From assembly GCA_964433255.1 (NCBI GenBank), contig CAYSQG010000001.1:18069-82068 (forward strand): a DNA stretch of 64,000 nt, in the 5' to 3' direction. The DNA is from an uncultured Leucobacter sp. Its GTDB lineage: Bacteria; Actinomycetota; Actinomycetes; Actinomycetales; Microbacteriaceae. The position numbers were made by a program, and so were the translations under genes. The notes under the pieces were generated by a model. That model did not search any database and had not been told where the DNA came from. It saw nothing but the letters and a program-made list of their open reading frames with translations. Below, in pieces: positions 29,601-38,682 of this stretch. How positions within the stretch are numbered: the stretch's first letter is position 1; the number at the start of each line of letters is the position of its first letter.

Positions 29601-29853
29601 GGCAAAACTGGTGTATGTGCATCCGCGAGCGCTCACTCAAACTCAAAAAAACAAGGGTGTGAAATATCAAACGTTCACACAACCCCCCATGAACGAACAT
29701 GACCAAGAGCAGTTCAAAGCTCGAGTTCTGCAAGTTGGGAGGGCCATGGCTGCGGCCAAGTTCACTGCGCAAGTCGAACACCACTGTGAAAACCCCCATG
29801 CACAAGGCAAGTCGTGTGCACTGCACATCATCCCAGCGGTCAATCAAGCATGA
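26668..29853 (+). CDS. adnA: AdnA helicase-nuclease subunit
   Basis: GAPGTGKT, LVDDA, FGDPD; C-terminal PD-(D/E)XK nuclease ADRLE...VVDLKTG...QLGAYQ. Confidence 0.85.
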   Translation: MVTFDAAQLSVLQLDTTQHARVLGAPGTGKTLLLVESFVRALHQPAWADQDVLALAPNRHVATQLRRKIEARHNRALGGTPARTPNSLAFSVLQQRAALEGGAPPMLLTGPVQNEAVAAVISEALEAMHPLVAQLPFAPEVLQSQPFRSELRELDRVIDDFGFAPEELARFISEPPPGAAAPVDEELCDRWKVALRLVAALREKLAVERPGQLSSSAMLAAACSTVLSDERVHVPRLILVDDAAELGEGALALLAALVQRGTRVWVFGDPDTATAAFQGERAQVMSGLHAELRRRGAATRDLFIQEPTVVLQHVYRHSHELRAFVRSLTDRIGAAGVGQQRNAESTRHHAASQVDDPVQFSQASLPAEQLGIIAHRMRSRHLGLQGHAPAPWSEMAVVCRSRAQAKQVARQLSSQQVPTSVTAGGVILREHQIVRELIRLLQHSLDISPLDAFELQELLGGVVGGVDRIAIRRLRAALSQEEHRVALHEQRPSLSVESLMLDAFQLPAAHPVIDMRPARQLRKLGLIAGEASATHRAGGTPREVLWQIWQGSGLATTLQHQALHSRGTRSDEAHRALDAVMGLFFALQRHEEQASTQPIADLLQDLLANTVPEDSVAARSERDVVTVTTPQGLIGREFALVCMFGLQDGEWPNLRSRGSLLGVNALERWLRGGVAQSASKRDTLHDELRLFAHAAARASSELLVVSVANEDHHPSVFFRLGERYLYEQQLPSSSVTLRGVVAKMRRRLVTDPNDREALHALVQLARADVPGAHPDEWYGVMQPSTSDALADVAHDPGATVRVSPSQIERAETCPLDWFVSALSTKQAGYQAGVGTLLHFALETVAEPVSAEELLRIVQTHWGRLRFEAAWQETQALDDAASMCASLAAYLDEFNARGAELVGTETKFEVPIDFVKLSGTADRLEIDTTDLGTRAITVVDLKTGARKPTAEELKQHAQLGAYQLGVISGKLGPIADQAGAKLVYVHPRALTQTQKNKGVKYQTFTQPPMNEHDQEQFKARVLQVGRAMAAAKFTAQVEHHCENPHAQGKSCALHIIPAVNQA

Positions 29854-32800
29854 ACGCCTCGTTTTCCACTCACCAGAGCTCTCAGCCAGTCTTTTCGGCA
29901 CAAAGAATTGCAGAACTGGTCGCACCGTCACCAGATCAGGCCATCTTGCCCACTCCAGAGCAAACAGCAATCATTGAACAGCCACTGGGAACCCAGGTGC
30001 TGGTCATCGCTGGTGCGGGCAGTGGAAAAACCGAAACGATGGCAAATCGTGTGGTTTGGCTCGTTGCGAACGGTTTTGCGGCTCCAGACCAAGTGCTCGG
30101 GTTGACATTCACGCGAAAAGCCGCCGGGGAGCTGTCAGACCGCATCAGTTCCCGACTTCAACACTTCGTCACTAGGCTCTCTGACCCGCGGGTTCAAGTA
30201 CAGCTCAGCCCAGTCGAAAAAACACGAGCTCTTGAACTGCAGTCGTTTCTGAGTGAGGGCTTAGATGTTCCTGAAGTGAGCACCTACAACGCATTTGCGA
30301 GTGCTGTCGTGCAAGAATTTGGTGCCCTTGCTGGCCTTGCGTCGGGAGCGGCAGTGATAGACAAATCAACGGCCTGGGCGATTGCTCGAGAGATAGTGTG
30401 CACGAGCAATGAACCCGAACTCGTACAAGCCGACGTGTCGATTAGCACCCTAGTGAAACGAGTCATTCGACTTGACAATGCAGTTGCCGAAAATCTCACC
30501 ACGTTTGAGGCTGTGCGTGCGAGCTTGCGCCCAGCTCTCGATCTTTCCAAGCTTCCTTACAACGACAAGAAAGCAGAGGGGCGATACGCGGGCATTACCG
30601 CAGTGTGTGACGCGATGCATGGCACCGAACTCATCGCCAAGCTCGCAACCGCATATGCCGCTGAAAAACGTCGCAGGGGGTTGATCGAATTTTCTGATCA
30701 GCTTGCATTGGCCGTGCACACTCTGCAGACTTCGCCCGAGGCGGTTCGGCAGCTACGCAACCGAACTCCCATCGTGTTGCTTGATGAGGTGCAAGACACC
30801 TCAGTTGCACAAACCAGATTGCTTTCGATGCTCTTTGCGGGCGCCAGTGTCATGGCTGTGGGCGATCCGCATCAGTCCATTTATGGCTTTCGCGGAGCCT
30901 CAGCCAGCAACCTGCGATCATTCCATTCCGACTTCGCCGATCCGCGCCATGCAGATCACTCACGAAAAGAGCCCATCCGTGCCGCGCGTGACCGGGCACT
31001 CACTCTCGGTCTTTCCACGAGTTGGAGGAACCCGACACAGGTGCTGCAATCTGCCAACGTGTTGAGTGCTCCCTTAGTGCGTCAGCTCGCAGAATTTGCG
31101 CCAGACATTGGAGTCACACCACTGAGTTCACGGGCTCAATATCTGCAGCAGACCGAGAACGATTCAACGCCGCGTGTCGAGGCTCACCTGCACGAAACTC
31201 TCGCTGAGGAATTTGAGGCACTCGCTCACTGGATGCGCGACGCGCGAAACGAACATCTCAGCCGCACCGGCGCACCCCCAACAGCGGCTGTGTTGTTTCG
31301 CAACCGCAAACACATGTCGACAATCTCTCGTGCCCTGTGGCAGGTTGGGGTGCCAAACCGCATCGTCGGTCTTGGTGGATTGCTGACCACGCCTGAGGTG
31401 ACCGATATCGTCAGCACCCTGCGCTGTCTGTGGTTTGCAGACGCTGATTCGGAGCTGATTCGGCTGTTGTCTGGACCAAGATTTCGTGTTGGTGTGGCAG
31501 ATCTGCAAGGCCTCAAACGTGCCGCTCGGTGGTTCGCTGAACGTGATTTCAGGCAACAAAAAGTTGCACCCGATGAAACAGTGAACACTCAACTCATCGA
31601 CATGGACCACCAGTTCACTCTCGTGGACGCGCTCGACGAAATCGCCGCTCTTCGTGACCTCGACCACAGCTCCCTGCACGCCATCACCCCACTTGGTCGC
31701 GAACGGTTGCACGAGGCCGCCCAGATGCTGCGTGAGTTGCGGCAGCAGGTAGGCTCCGACGTGCTCGCACTCATTCACTCAGTCACGCTCGCGTTACGCA
31801 TCGATATAGAACTCGACGCTGCAGAACACACCGGGTACGACGGTTCTGCTCTGGCCCGAGCAAACATTGATGCGTTTCAGAGCCTGGTCGAGGCTTTTTT
31901 GTCGATTGACGACCAGGGAACTTTACACTCTGTGCTCTCGTGGTTAGAGCAAGCCAGCGAAGACGACGAACCGGCCGAACATGTGCCCGAACCAGAACCC
32001 GGCACAGTGCAGCTGATAACGGTACACGGGGCAAAAGGGTTGGAATGGGATCTCGTGGCCATACCTCGACTCGTGACCGATGAGTTTCCAGGGAAATCTC
32101 GCGACGGTCTGGGGTGGTTGCGACCAGGTGAATTGCCCGATGAATTGCGAGGCGACGCAGCCGCCAGACCACAACTCGATCTGTCGACGGCCAGCACACA
32201 ACAAGAAGCGCTTGAGCGCATCGAACACTACAAGGCTGAACTCTCAAAGCGGCACGCACTAGAAGAGAGGCGTCTCGCTTACGTCGCGGTGACACGATCC
32301 GCTTCACGACTGCTCCTCACCGCAAGCTTTTGGGGTGGGCAGAAGATACCGCGAGCTTCATCGCCATTTTTGCAAGAGCTTGAAGCCGCCGATCTGATAG
32401 CCCCTCTGCAGGCCTCAAGTGCCTTCAGTGAAGATCCCAGCAACACGGCAGGACGCTCACTCGAATGGCCACTTGACCCTCTTGGACACAGGGCCACGCG
32501 AGTGCTCACCGCAGCTGAGCTGTTGCGAGCTGCACTGCAGCAGCCAGATCTCGACCCCAATCCAGTAGTGGAGTTATTGCTCGCTGAACAGGCCGCATCA
32601 CGCAAGACCGAGATTGCCGAATCGTCAGCACCCGAACGGCTTACCGCATCAACACTGCACGAATTCATTGAACACCCTCAAGAATATGAAATGCGTCGCC
32701 TCAGACCGCTGCCAATGAGGCCGTATCGCAGAACCCTTGTCGGAAACCTGTTTCACAAATGGGTTGAACACAGATCGAGCACCGTTGCGGGCACCTCTCT

Positions 32801-33278
32801 GACTCTGCCCGGCTTTGACACGGGGGAGCTTCTTGGTGATTGGCATGACACCAAGGAAGAGTGGCACGAAGATCTTGACGAGCTCATCGAAAAATTTGAA
32901 AAATCTCGCTGGGCAGACAAACAACCCATAGCGGTTGAACTCGAACTCACGCTGCCATTTGCAGATCGATCACTGGTGTGCAAAATTGATGCGGTGTACC
33001 GGCATCTTGAGGGTGAACTGACACGGTACGAAGTGGTTGACTGGAAATCTGGCGCACCACCGCAGTCTGAATCGGAACGAAAGTCACGATTTGTGCAACT
33101 CAATCTCTACCGACACGCGTATGCGATCTGGGCTGGCGTTGCACCCGAACACATCGATGTCACCCTGTTTTATGTTGCCGACGAAATCGAACTGCGGGCT
33201 GAAGAGCTTCTGACACTGCAACAGCTTGAGACGCTGTGGCGAGAGGCCGCAGAGTCACTCACGAACGGTGTCATCTGA
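29850..33278 (+). CDS. adnB: AdnB helicase-nuclease subunit
   Basis: AGAGSGKT, LDEVQD, VGDPHQSIYGFRGA, TVHGAKGLEW, EERRLAYVAVTR, KIDAV...VDWKSG; ATGA overlap with adnA. Confidence 0.9.
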   Translation: MNASFSTHQSSQPVFSAQRIAELVAPSPDQAILPTPEQTAIIEQPLGTQVLVIAGAGSGKTETMANRVVWLVANGFAAPDQVLGLTFTRKAAGELSDRISSRLQHFVTRLSDPRVQVQLSPVEKTRALELQSFLSEGLDVPEVSTYNAFASAVVQEFGALAGLASGAAVIDKSTAWAIAREIVCTSNEPELVQADVSISTLVKRVIRLDNAVAENLTTFEAVRASLRPALDLSKLPYNDKKAEGRYAGITAVCDAMHGTELIAKLATAYAAEKRRRGLIEFSDQLALAVHTLQTSPEAVRQLRNRTPIVLLDEVQDTSVAQTRLLSMLFAGASVMAVGDPHQSIYGFRGASASNLRSFHSDFADPRHADHSRKEPIRAARDRALTLGLSTSWRNPTQVLQSANVLSAPLVRQLAEFAPDIGVTPLSSRAQYLQQTENDSTPRVEAHLHETLAEEFEALAHWMRDARNEHLSRTGAPPTAAVLFRNRKHMSTISRALWQVGVPNRIVGLGGLLTTPEVTDIVSTLRCLWFADADSELIRLLSGPRFRVGVADLQGLKRAARWFAERDFRQQKVAPDETVNTQLIDMDHQFTLVDALDEIAALRDLDHSSLHAITPLGRERLHEAAQMLRELRQQVGSDVLALIHSVTLALRIDIELDAAEHTGYDGSALARANIDAFQSLVEAFLSIDDQGTLHSVLSWLEQASEDDEPAEHVPEPEPGTVQLITVHGAKGLEWDLVAIPRLVTDEFPGKSRDGLGWLRPGELPDELRGDAAARPQLDLSTASTQQEALERIEHYKAELSKRHALEERRLAYVAVTRSASRLLLTASFWGGQKIPRASSPFLQELEAADLIAPLQASSAFSEDPSNTAGRSLEWPLDPLGHRATRVLTAAELLRAALQQPDLDPNPVVELLLAEQAASRKTEIAESSAPERLTASTLHEFIEHPQEYEMRRLRPLPMRPYRRTLVGNLFHKWVEHRSSTVAGTSLTLPGFDTGELLGDWHDTKEEWHEDLDELIEKFEKSRWADKQPIAVELELTLPFADRSLVCKIDAVYRHLEGELTRYEVVDWKSGAPPQSESERKSRFVQLNLYRHAYAIWAGVAPEHIDVTLFYVADEIELRAEELLTLQQLETLWREAAESLTNGVI

Positions 33279-33340
33279 GTCCAACACGCATAGGGCAAGA
33301 AGCCGCAGAGTCACTCACGAACGGTGGCATCTGAGTCCAA
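33246..33340. repeat. 39-bp direct repeat (2 copies, 1 mismatch, 17-bp spacer)
   Basis: GCCGCAGAGTCACTCACGAACGGTG[T/G]CATCTGAGTCCAA at 33246-33284 and 33302-33340. Confidence 0.95.
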
Positions 33341-34462
33341 GCCAGGGTAAGTGGGTGGGTCAATACTCGCGTCGGTGGCTGGGTCAGTTCCCGTGTCGGT
33401 GTCATCGTCAGGGTCAACGTCAAAAGCCCGTTCTTCGTCGAGGGCTTCGTATTCGGCCGTTTCAGTGCGCTGATCTTCGAGCACAGGCGGGGTGTCGTTC
33501 AGCATGAGTGCAACTTGGTCTGCCGAGAGTGGGGCGCGCTTCGGCAACGGGGTACCGAGTAACCCCAAATTATCGACAAGCCGGTCGAACATTTGCACCG
33601 CGTCATCGATGATCGATTGGTCATGGGTTTCAATGCCGTGCAACAACCATTGCACAATCTTCAGTTCGTGGTGAAAACGTGCACGCGAGGTAAATTCCTG
33701 CTGACCTGACAAATCGCGCAAAATTCCGTAACGGGCGAGCACTGTTTCAAACACATCACGGTCTATGCCAAACATCCAGGCAAGATCGAGCGCAGGGTCA
33801 CCAAGTGAAAGTTCGTTCCATCCCAACACACCGGTGATTTCATCGCCCTTGGTGAAGAGCTGCTCTGACGCGAGCGAACCGTGAATGACTACAGGTTCAA
33901 AGCTCCACAGTGACTCGGAGTCAAGTGCTTCTTGCCAGCGTTGGCGCACTGTTGCGGGCAGCAACCCAGTGTCGGCAGCCCGTTGCACCAAGCGGGCACT
34001 CAGCGTGCGCACATCACTCGCACTGCGCATCGGCAACCCACCCTGTTGAACGACGCTCACTGGCAGCTCATGAATGGCAGCGAGCGCCTGTGCCAGCGAC
34101 TTCAACACTTCTGCGTTGCTCGCCAAGCCTTCATCACTGGCAACCGTTCCAGCCAAAAAAGTGCTCACCACGGCTCGAAAGTCCCCAGCACGCGTCATGC
34201 CAAGAGTGACCGGGATCTGGAACGGCAAGCGTGCTCGGGCTCCCTCGGCAAGAGCTGCTCGTCCGAGCAGTTCACCGGATTGCTGCACTTCTGCAGCAGC
34301 CGTGGTTGGCACTCGAACAATCACCTCGCCACGTTCAGTTGAGAGAACGGCTGAGGCGAACTCACCCCCAGAGCCTGAGGTGTGCGGCCTGGTGCCGTTA
34401 ACCTGCAAACCTGCAACTGCTGAAGTTGCCAGGGCGGCTAAAGTGAATGGGGTGCTAGCCAT
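33311..34462 (-). CDS. APH/choline-kinase-like phosphotransferase family protein
   Basis: LAAIHELP, VIHGSL, GVLGW, GDPALDLAW; acidic tail; TACGCT 6 nt before ATG. Confidence 0.82.
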   Translation of the reverse strand: MASTPFTLAALATSAVAGLQVNGTRPHTSGSGGEFASAVLSTERGEVIVRVPTTAAAEVQQSGELLGRAALAEGARARLPFQIPVTLGMTRAGDFRAVVSTFLAGTVASDEGLASNAEVLKSLAQALAAIHELPVSVVQQGGLPMRSASDVRTLSARLVQRAADTGLLPATVRQRWQEALDSESLWSFEPVVIHGSLASEQLFTKGDEITGVLGWNELSLGDPALDLAWMFGIDRDVFETVLARYGILRDLSGQQEFTSRARFHHELKIVQWLLHGIETHDQSIIDDAVQMFDRLVDNLGLLGTPLPKRAPLSADQVALMLNDTPPVLEDQRTETAEYEALDEERAFDVDPDDDTDTGTDPATDASIDPPTYPGLDSDATVRE

Positions 34463-34546
34463 ATTCTCAGCGTATTCAGCGAATCGAGAAGCGCTTGCAC
34501 GCCACGCGCAAAATATTTCACGCACACTCGGAGGTGAGAGCTCAAA

Positions 34547-36262
34547 GTGAACCTCACCCCACCGACACGCACCGATTTGCTTGAGGGTCTTGACCCTGAT
34601 CAGCGCCAAATCGCTGAGTGCCTTCGAGGCCCGGTGGTTGTTCTTGCCGGTGCTGGCACCGGAAAAACTAGAGCCCTCACTCATCGCATCGCTCACGGTG
34701 TCAGAGTCGGCGCTTATGCTCCGGACCGCGTGCTTGCCGTCACGTTCACCCGCAAGGCTGCATCTGAAATGTACACACGACTTCGCGCACTTGGGGCAGA
34801 GGGTGTGCGAGCCGCTACGTTTCACTCTGCCGCCTTGGCTCAGTTGGGATATTTCTGGCCTCAGTTTGTTGGGGGACCGGCGCCAAAGATCGTTGGCGCG
34901 AAAGTACCTGTGCTCTCTCAGGTGGCGGAGTCGATGGGATTGAGACTGGGTGGCGAAACCCTGCGTGATATTGCGGGCGAAATTGAGTGGCGAAAGGTGT
35001 CAATGTTGAACATTGACACCTACGCTCAGCTGTTCACCGGCGATGGAGTGTTACGAGCGGTTCCCACCGGGGTCAGCGTTGAACAACTGTTGGATATCCA
35101 TCGTAAATATGGGCAGGTGCTCGAAGAACGTCGCCAAATTGATTTCGAGGACGTGCTGATTTTGACCACGGGGATGCTCGAATCCGAGCCCCGAGCAGCC
35201 CTGCAGGTGCGTGAACGTTACAGGTTTTTTACGGTTGACGAATTTCAAGATGTGTCACCTCTGCAACATCAGTTGCTGAAGGCATGGCTCGGAAATCGGG
35301 AAGATCTTTGCGTTGTTGGCGACGCAAGTCAAACAATTTATAGTTTTGCCGGTGCATCCAGCTCGTATCTGCTCCGTTTTAGCATCGAGCACCCAAACGC
35401 TCGTGAGTTCAGACTTGAGCGGAACTATCGATCGGCAGAACCCATTGTTGCGTCTGCAAATCGACTCATGAAAGACCGACCCGGCGCCTTGTCTCTGCTT
35501 GCAGCCCGACCAGATGCACATCACACCGCGTCGCCTGTGATCGCTGAGTGGTTTTTGAACGAGCGTGACGAGGCTGAGGCAGTCGCGATATCCATTGAGA
35601 GCAGTATCGCCCGCGGTGTGCCGGCAAGTGAAATTGCGGTACTGTACCGGGCAAATTCCCAGTCGGCTGCGATTGAGGCTGAGCTCCAACAACGCGGCAT
35701 TTCGGCCAGGGTGAACGGCGGGCAACGGTTTTTTGATCGTGCCGAAGTGCGTCAAGCCGTCATGATGATCAGGGCGCAAACAAAAGTTACCGATGATCGC
35801 CCACTGTTTCAAATTGTGAGTGATATTTTGCGTGGATTGGGGTTCACTGCCACTCCTCCAGACGGAGCAACCGCTCGTGAACGGTGGGACGCTTTGCACG
35901 CCATCCTTTCGATGGTTGACGAGCAACCACCCGGCACCAGTGTTCACACCTTCAGTGAGGAGTTGCTCGCGCGATCACGGTCTCATCACGAACCAACACT
36001 CGAATCGGTCACGCTCAGCGCTGTGCACGCAGCAAAAGGTTTGGAATGGAGACTGGTTCATTTGATTGGCATGTCTGAGGGTGTGTTTCCGAACTCCTAT
36101 GCCACCACCGATCAGGCACTTGAAGAAGAGCGACGGCTGGCTTACGTCGCCTTTACTCGCGCACGAGACGAACTACGAATATCTGGATCGGCTGGCACTG
36201 GTCGCACCTCGCGCCCTGTGTCGCGGTTTATTGCTGAGGCAGGTTTGCGTTTCGGTGAATGA
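34547..36262 (+). CDS. UvrD2-like ATP-dependent DNA helicase (no HRDC domain)
   Basis: AGAGTGKT, VDEFQD, VGDASQTIYSF, NYRS, HAAKGLEW, EERRLAYVAFTRA. Confidence 0.9.
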   Translation: MNLTPPTRTDLLEGLDPDQRQIAECLRGPVVVLAGAGTGKTRALTHRIAHGVRVGAYAPDRVLAVTFTRKAASEMYTRLRALGAEGVRAATFHSAALAQLGYFWPQFVGGPAPKIVGAKVPVLSQVAESMGLRLGGETLRDIAGEIEWRKVSMLNIDTYAQLFTGDGVLRAVPTGVSVEQLLDIHRKYGQVLEERRQIDFEDVLILTTGMLESEPRAALQVRERYRFFTVDEFQDVSPLQHQLLKAWLGNREDLCVVGDASQTIYSFAGASSSYLLRFSIEHPNAREFRLERNYRSAEPIVASANRLMKDRPGALSLLAARPDAHHTASPVIAEWFLNERDEAEAVAISIESSIARGVPASEIAVLYRANSQSAAIEAELQQRGISARVNGGQRFFDRAEVRQAVMMIRAQTKVTDDRPLFQIVSDILRGLGFTATPPDGATARERWDALHAILSMVDEQPPGTSVHTFSEELLARSRSHHEPTLESVTLSAVHAAKGLEWRLVHLIGMSEGVFPNSYATTDQALEEERRLAYVAFTRARDELRISGSAGTGRTSRPVSRFIAEAGLRFGE

Positions 36263-37122
36263 TTGCTCAACATGGGGGCTGCTATAGCTGCATCGAACAG
36301 CGGTGAGGGCGATGCGTTGCAACAGCACTCAGGGTGCTGGCGCAAGGTTTGAATTTCAGGGATCGCGACGGGTATGCCCAAGTGCACCCCATATCGAAGT
36401 CTTGTGTGATGAAAAATGGGGAATTCTTCTTCTGGAAATTCAAGAGCGTTGCGAATGCCTGACACCACCACCGAGGCTGCGAGTTGGCAGGTGGCATCGC
36501 TTTCAGAGCTTGGTTGTTGGTCACACAGTTGCGCTGCGAGCACCGCAATAGCTGGTTCACGTTCGTATTCATGAAGTTCGATGCAGGAGAGACACGGGCC
36601 GCCTTGAAAATGTATGAGTGGTCCGATAAACGCGCTCTGATCGGTAAATCGAACCGACAGGTGCGGAATTTGCTCGCTGACAAACTCGTGAGCTCGTTGA
36701 GTTGGACTCACGAACCGTTCGATGACCACCCCGACGTCTGCCTCGGATGCGTCTGTGGTGAGTGAAAACCCTGAGTTGACCATGGAATGTTCAAGCGCCA
36801 CCGAAAACCTGCCACCACCGACAACAGCGATTTTGCTGCCAGCACCAGATGGTCGTTCACCAAGTGTGATTTCAGGGGTCAGCACAGGGGTCAACTCTTC
36901 GAGCAGCAGTTTGCTTTCTGTCTCGCTGAGACCCATGCGTTGTGCGGTGATAGCAAGACGGTCAGCGGGCAGCCCGATACGAAGCGATGTCAAAAAACGC
37001 TGCGCGTTGGCCGAAGGGTCGTGCAAAGTGACCACGGGCCGTTCGAAACCAATGCGAAGAGTGTCGAGATTTTGCCACACCTGCGGCAGGTCGGGGCATA
37101 TGCGAATCAGTGGTGTCGACAT
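36142..37122 (-). CDS. Degenerate ThiF/E1-like protein (Rv3196-like)
   Basis: AVVGGG, IGPLIHFQGGPCLSC, HPECCC; conserved position between uvrD2 and metalloprotease. Confidence 0.6.
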   Translation of the reverse strand: MSTPLIRICPDLPQVWQNLDTLRIGFERPVVTLHDPSANAQRFLTSLRIGLPADRLAITAQRMGLSETESKLLLEELTPVLTPEITLGERPSGAGSKIAVVGGGRFSVALEHSMVNSGFSLTTDASEADVGVVIERFVSPTQRAHEFVSEQIPHLSVRFTDQSAFIGPLIHFQGGPCLSCIELHEYEREPAIAVLAAQLCDQQPSSESDATCQLAASVVVSGIRNALEFPEEEFPIFHHTRLRYGVHLGIPVAIPEIQTLRQHPECCCNASPSPLFDAAIAAPMLSNHSPKRKPASAINRDTGREVRPVPADPDIRSSSRARVKAT

Positions 37123-37216
37123 GCCACCATCATGTCGATCAGGTGATCAGATAGTGCTGTTGTTCACAGTTACAGCGCAAGAAAATGACTCACCTGAGCT
37201 GTGAGCGAGCAATCGG

Positions 37217-38602
37217 CTACTCAGGGCGAGTGTTTGACGAGTTGTCTTGCCCACCCTCTTCATTCAGCAAGTTTGCAAGCTCGCGATCGAAGTCGTCGAG
37301 CGGTGCCAGCTGCGGTTCGGCGCCGGCAAGGCCAAGACGTTCGAGCAGTCTTGCCGGGTGGTCGATCTCTTCTGAGGTGGGGAGCAAATCGGGGTGCGCC
37401 CAGAGTGCGTCTCGCCGTTCGCTCCCTCCACGCTCCATGACCAGGCGCCAGAGCGCGGCAGCCTCGCGCATGCGTCGGGGCCGCAGCTCCAGGCCAACTA
37501 ACGTGCCGAAGGCTCGCTCCGACGGGCCACCGGCAGCGCGACGTCTGCGCACCATCTCTGCGATGGCATCGGAATCGGGTAGACGGGTGACTGCTTCGTC
37601 AGTGATGACATCGACCCATCCCTCAATGAGTGCGAGCATGGTCTCGAGCCGATCATGTGCGGCCTGCTGCTCGGGTGTTTTGGGTGGTATGAGCGCTCCG
37701 CTTGAGACCAATTGCTGCATCGCTTCAGTGTCTGTCGGGTCAAGATTTCTTGCCAGCTCTTCGATTTGAAACGTGTTGATTTTCATGCCGCGGGCGTAGT
37801 CAGAAATGGCGCTGATGAGGTGCAAACGCAACCAGCGAGTGTGCCGAAAGAGACGGGCGTGAGCAAGTTCACGAACAGCAAGGTAGAGGGTCACGGCCTC
37901 GAGGTCCTGATCAAGCCCAGCTGCAAAGGCTGAGACCCCACTCGTCACCAGAGCGCCCCCCTCTCGCCCAGGGCCATCAAACAAAGGAATTCCTGCATCA
38001 CCGCCAGAAGTCACCTCGGTTGAGAGCTTTCCGATTATTTGCCCTAGTTGGGTGGCAAATAGAGCCCCTCCGACTGAACGAAGCATCGGTTCAAGACCAG
38101 TCATTGCTTGCTGAAACTCTTCAGGAATCTGACTGGCGAGGGTCTCTGTGAGTGTTTTCGCTATAGAGTCAGCTACCGGCTTGGCCAGGCTGATCCAGGT
38201 GTCAACACTCTGTTGCACCCATTCAGTTGAAGTGATCGCCCTTGGCGCGTCAGCCGAAGCCCCCACCCCTGTCACTTCGTCGAGCCACAGTGTTGCCACG
38301 GGAAAGGCGCGCAGGGCTGGGGCTGGGTCTGAAGGTGTCGCGGATTTGGCTGCTTCGTCTAGGGCGATGCGCTGGGTTATTGACCAATCAATCTCTCCGG
38401 TGGGGTTGCGCATCGCCTGTTGCATAGTCGAAAATAGCGTGCGTATCGACTCTGAGTCGCCGGGGAGCCCTGCCACCTTCGCGAACGCCGCTGGGTCCAT
38501 GCCGGCGCCACCGGCAAGCATTTCTTGCAGCATGCGCTGGATTTCAGCTAGTGGGTCGTCACCGTTTCCCTGAGAACGGGGGGGCTGAGAATCATCGTTC
38601 AT
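37217..38602 (-). CDS. Zincin-like putative metalloprotease (DUF2342 / Rv3195-like)
   Basis: RELAHARLF, LALIEGWVD, RRRRAAGGPSE, LELRPRR, WAHPDLLP. Confidence 0.85.
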   Translation of the reverse strand: MNDDSQPPRSQGNGDDPLAEIQRMLQEMLAGGAGMDPAAFAKVAGLPGDSESIRTLFSTMQQAMRNPTGEIDWSITQRIALDEAAKSATPSDPAPALRAFPVATLWLDEVTGVGASADAPRAITSTEWVQQSVDTWISLAKPVADSIAKTLTETLASQIPEEFQQAMTGLEPMLRSVGGALFATQLGQIIGKLSTEVTSGGDAGIPLFDGPGREGGALVTSGVSAFAAGLDQDLEAVTLYLAVRELAHARLFRHTRWLRLHLISAISDYARGMKINTFQIEELARNLDPTDTEAMQQLVSSGALIPPKTPEQQAAHDRLETMLALIEGWVDVITDEAVTRLPDSDAIAEMVRRRRAAGGPSERAFGTLVGLELRPRRMREAAALWRLVMERGGSERRDALWAHPDLLPTSEEIDHPARLLERLGLAGAEPQLAPLDDFDRELANLLNEEGGQDNSSNTRPE

Positions 38603-38668
38603 AAAACAACGGTAGGGCACCGGTGTGTAAATTCGCCGTGAGAACCTGAGTTTTTTCGAATGCTGTTG

Positions 38669-38682
38669 CGCTCGCTGCGAAC
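38669..38682 (-). promoter_or_regulatory. ClgR-like operator
   Basis: GTTCGC-AGCGA-GCG on minus strand, matching GTTCGC-N5-GCG. Confidence 0.6.

Noticed and set aside
33246-33340. 39-bp repeat as a mini-CRISPR
   Set aside because: Only two copies, a 17-bp spacer, both copies are coding gene ends, and no cas genes in the window
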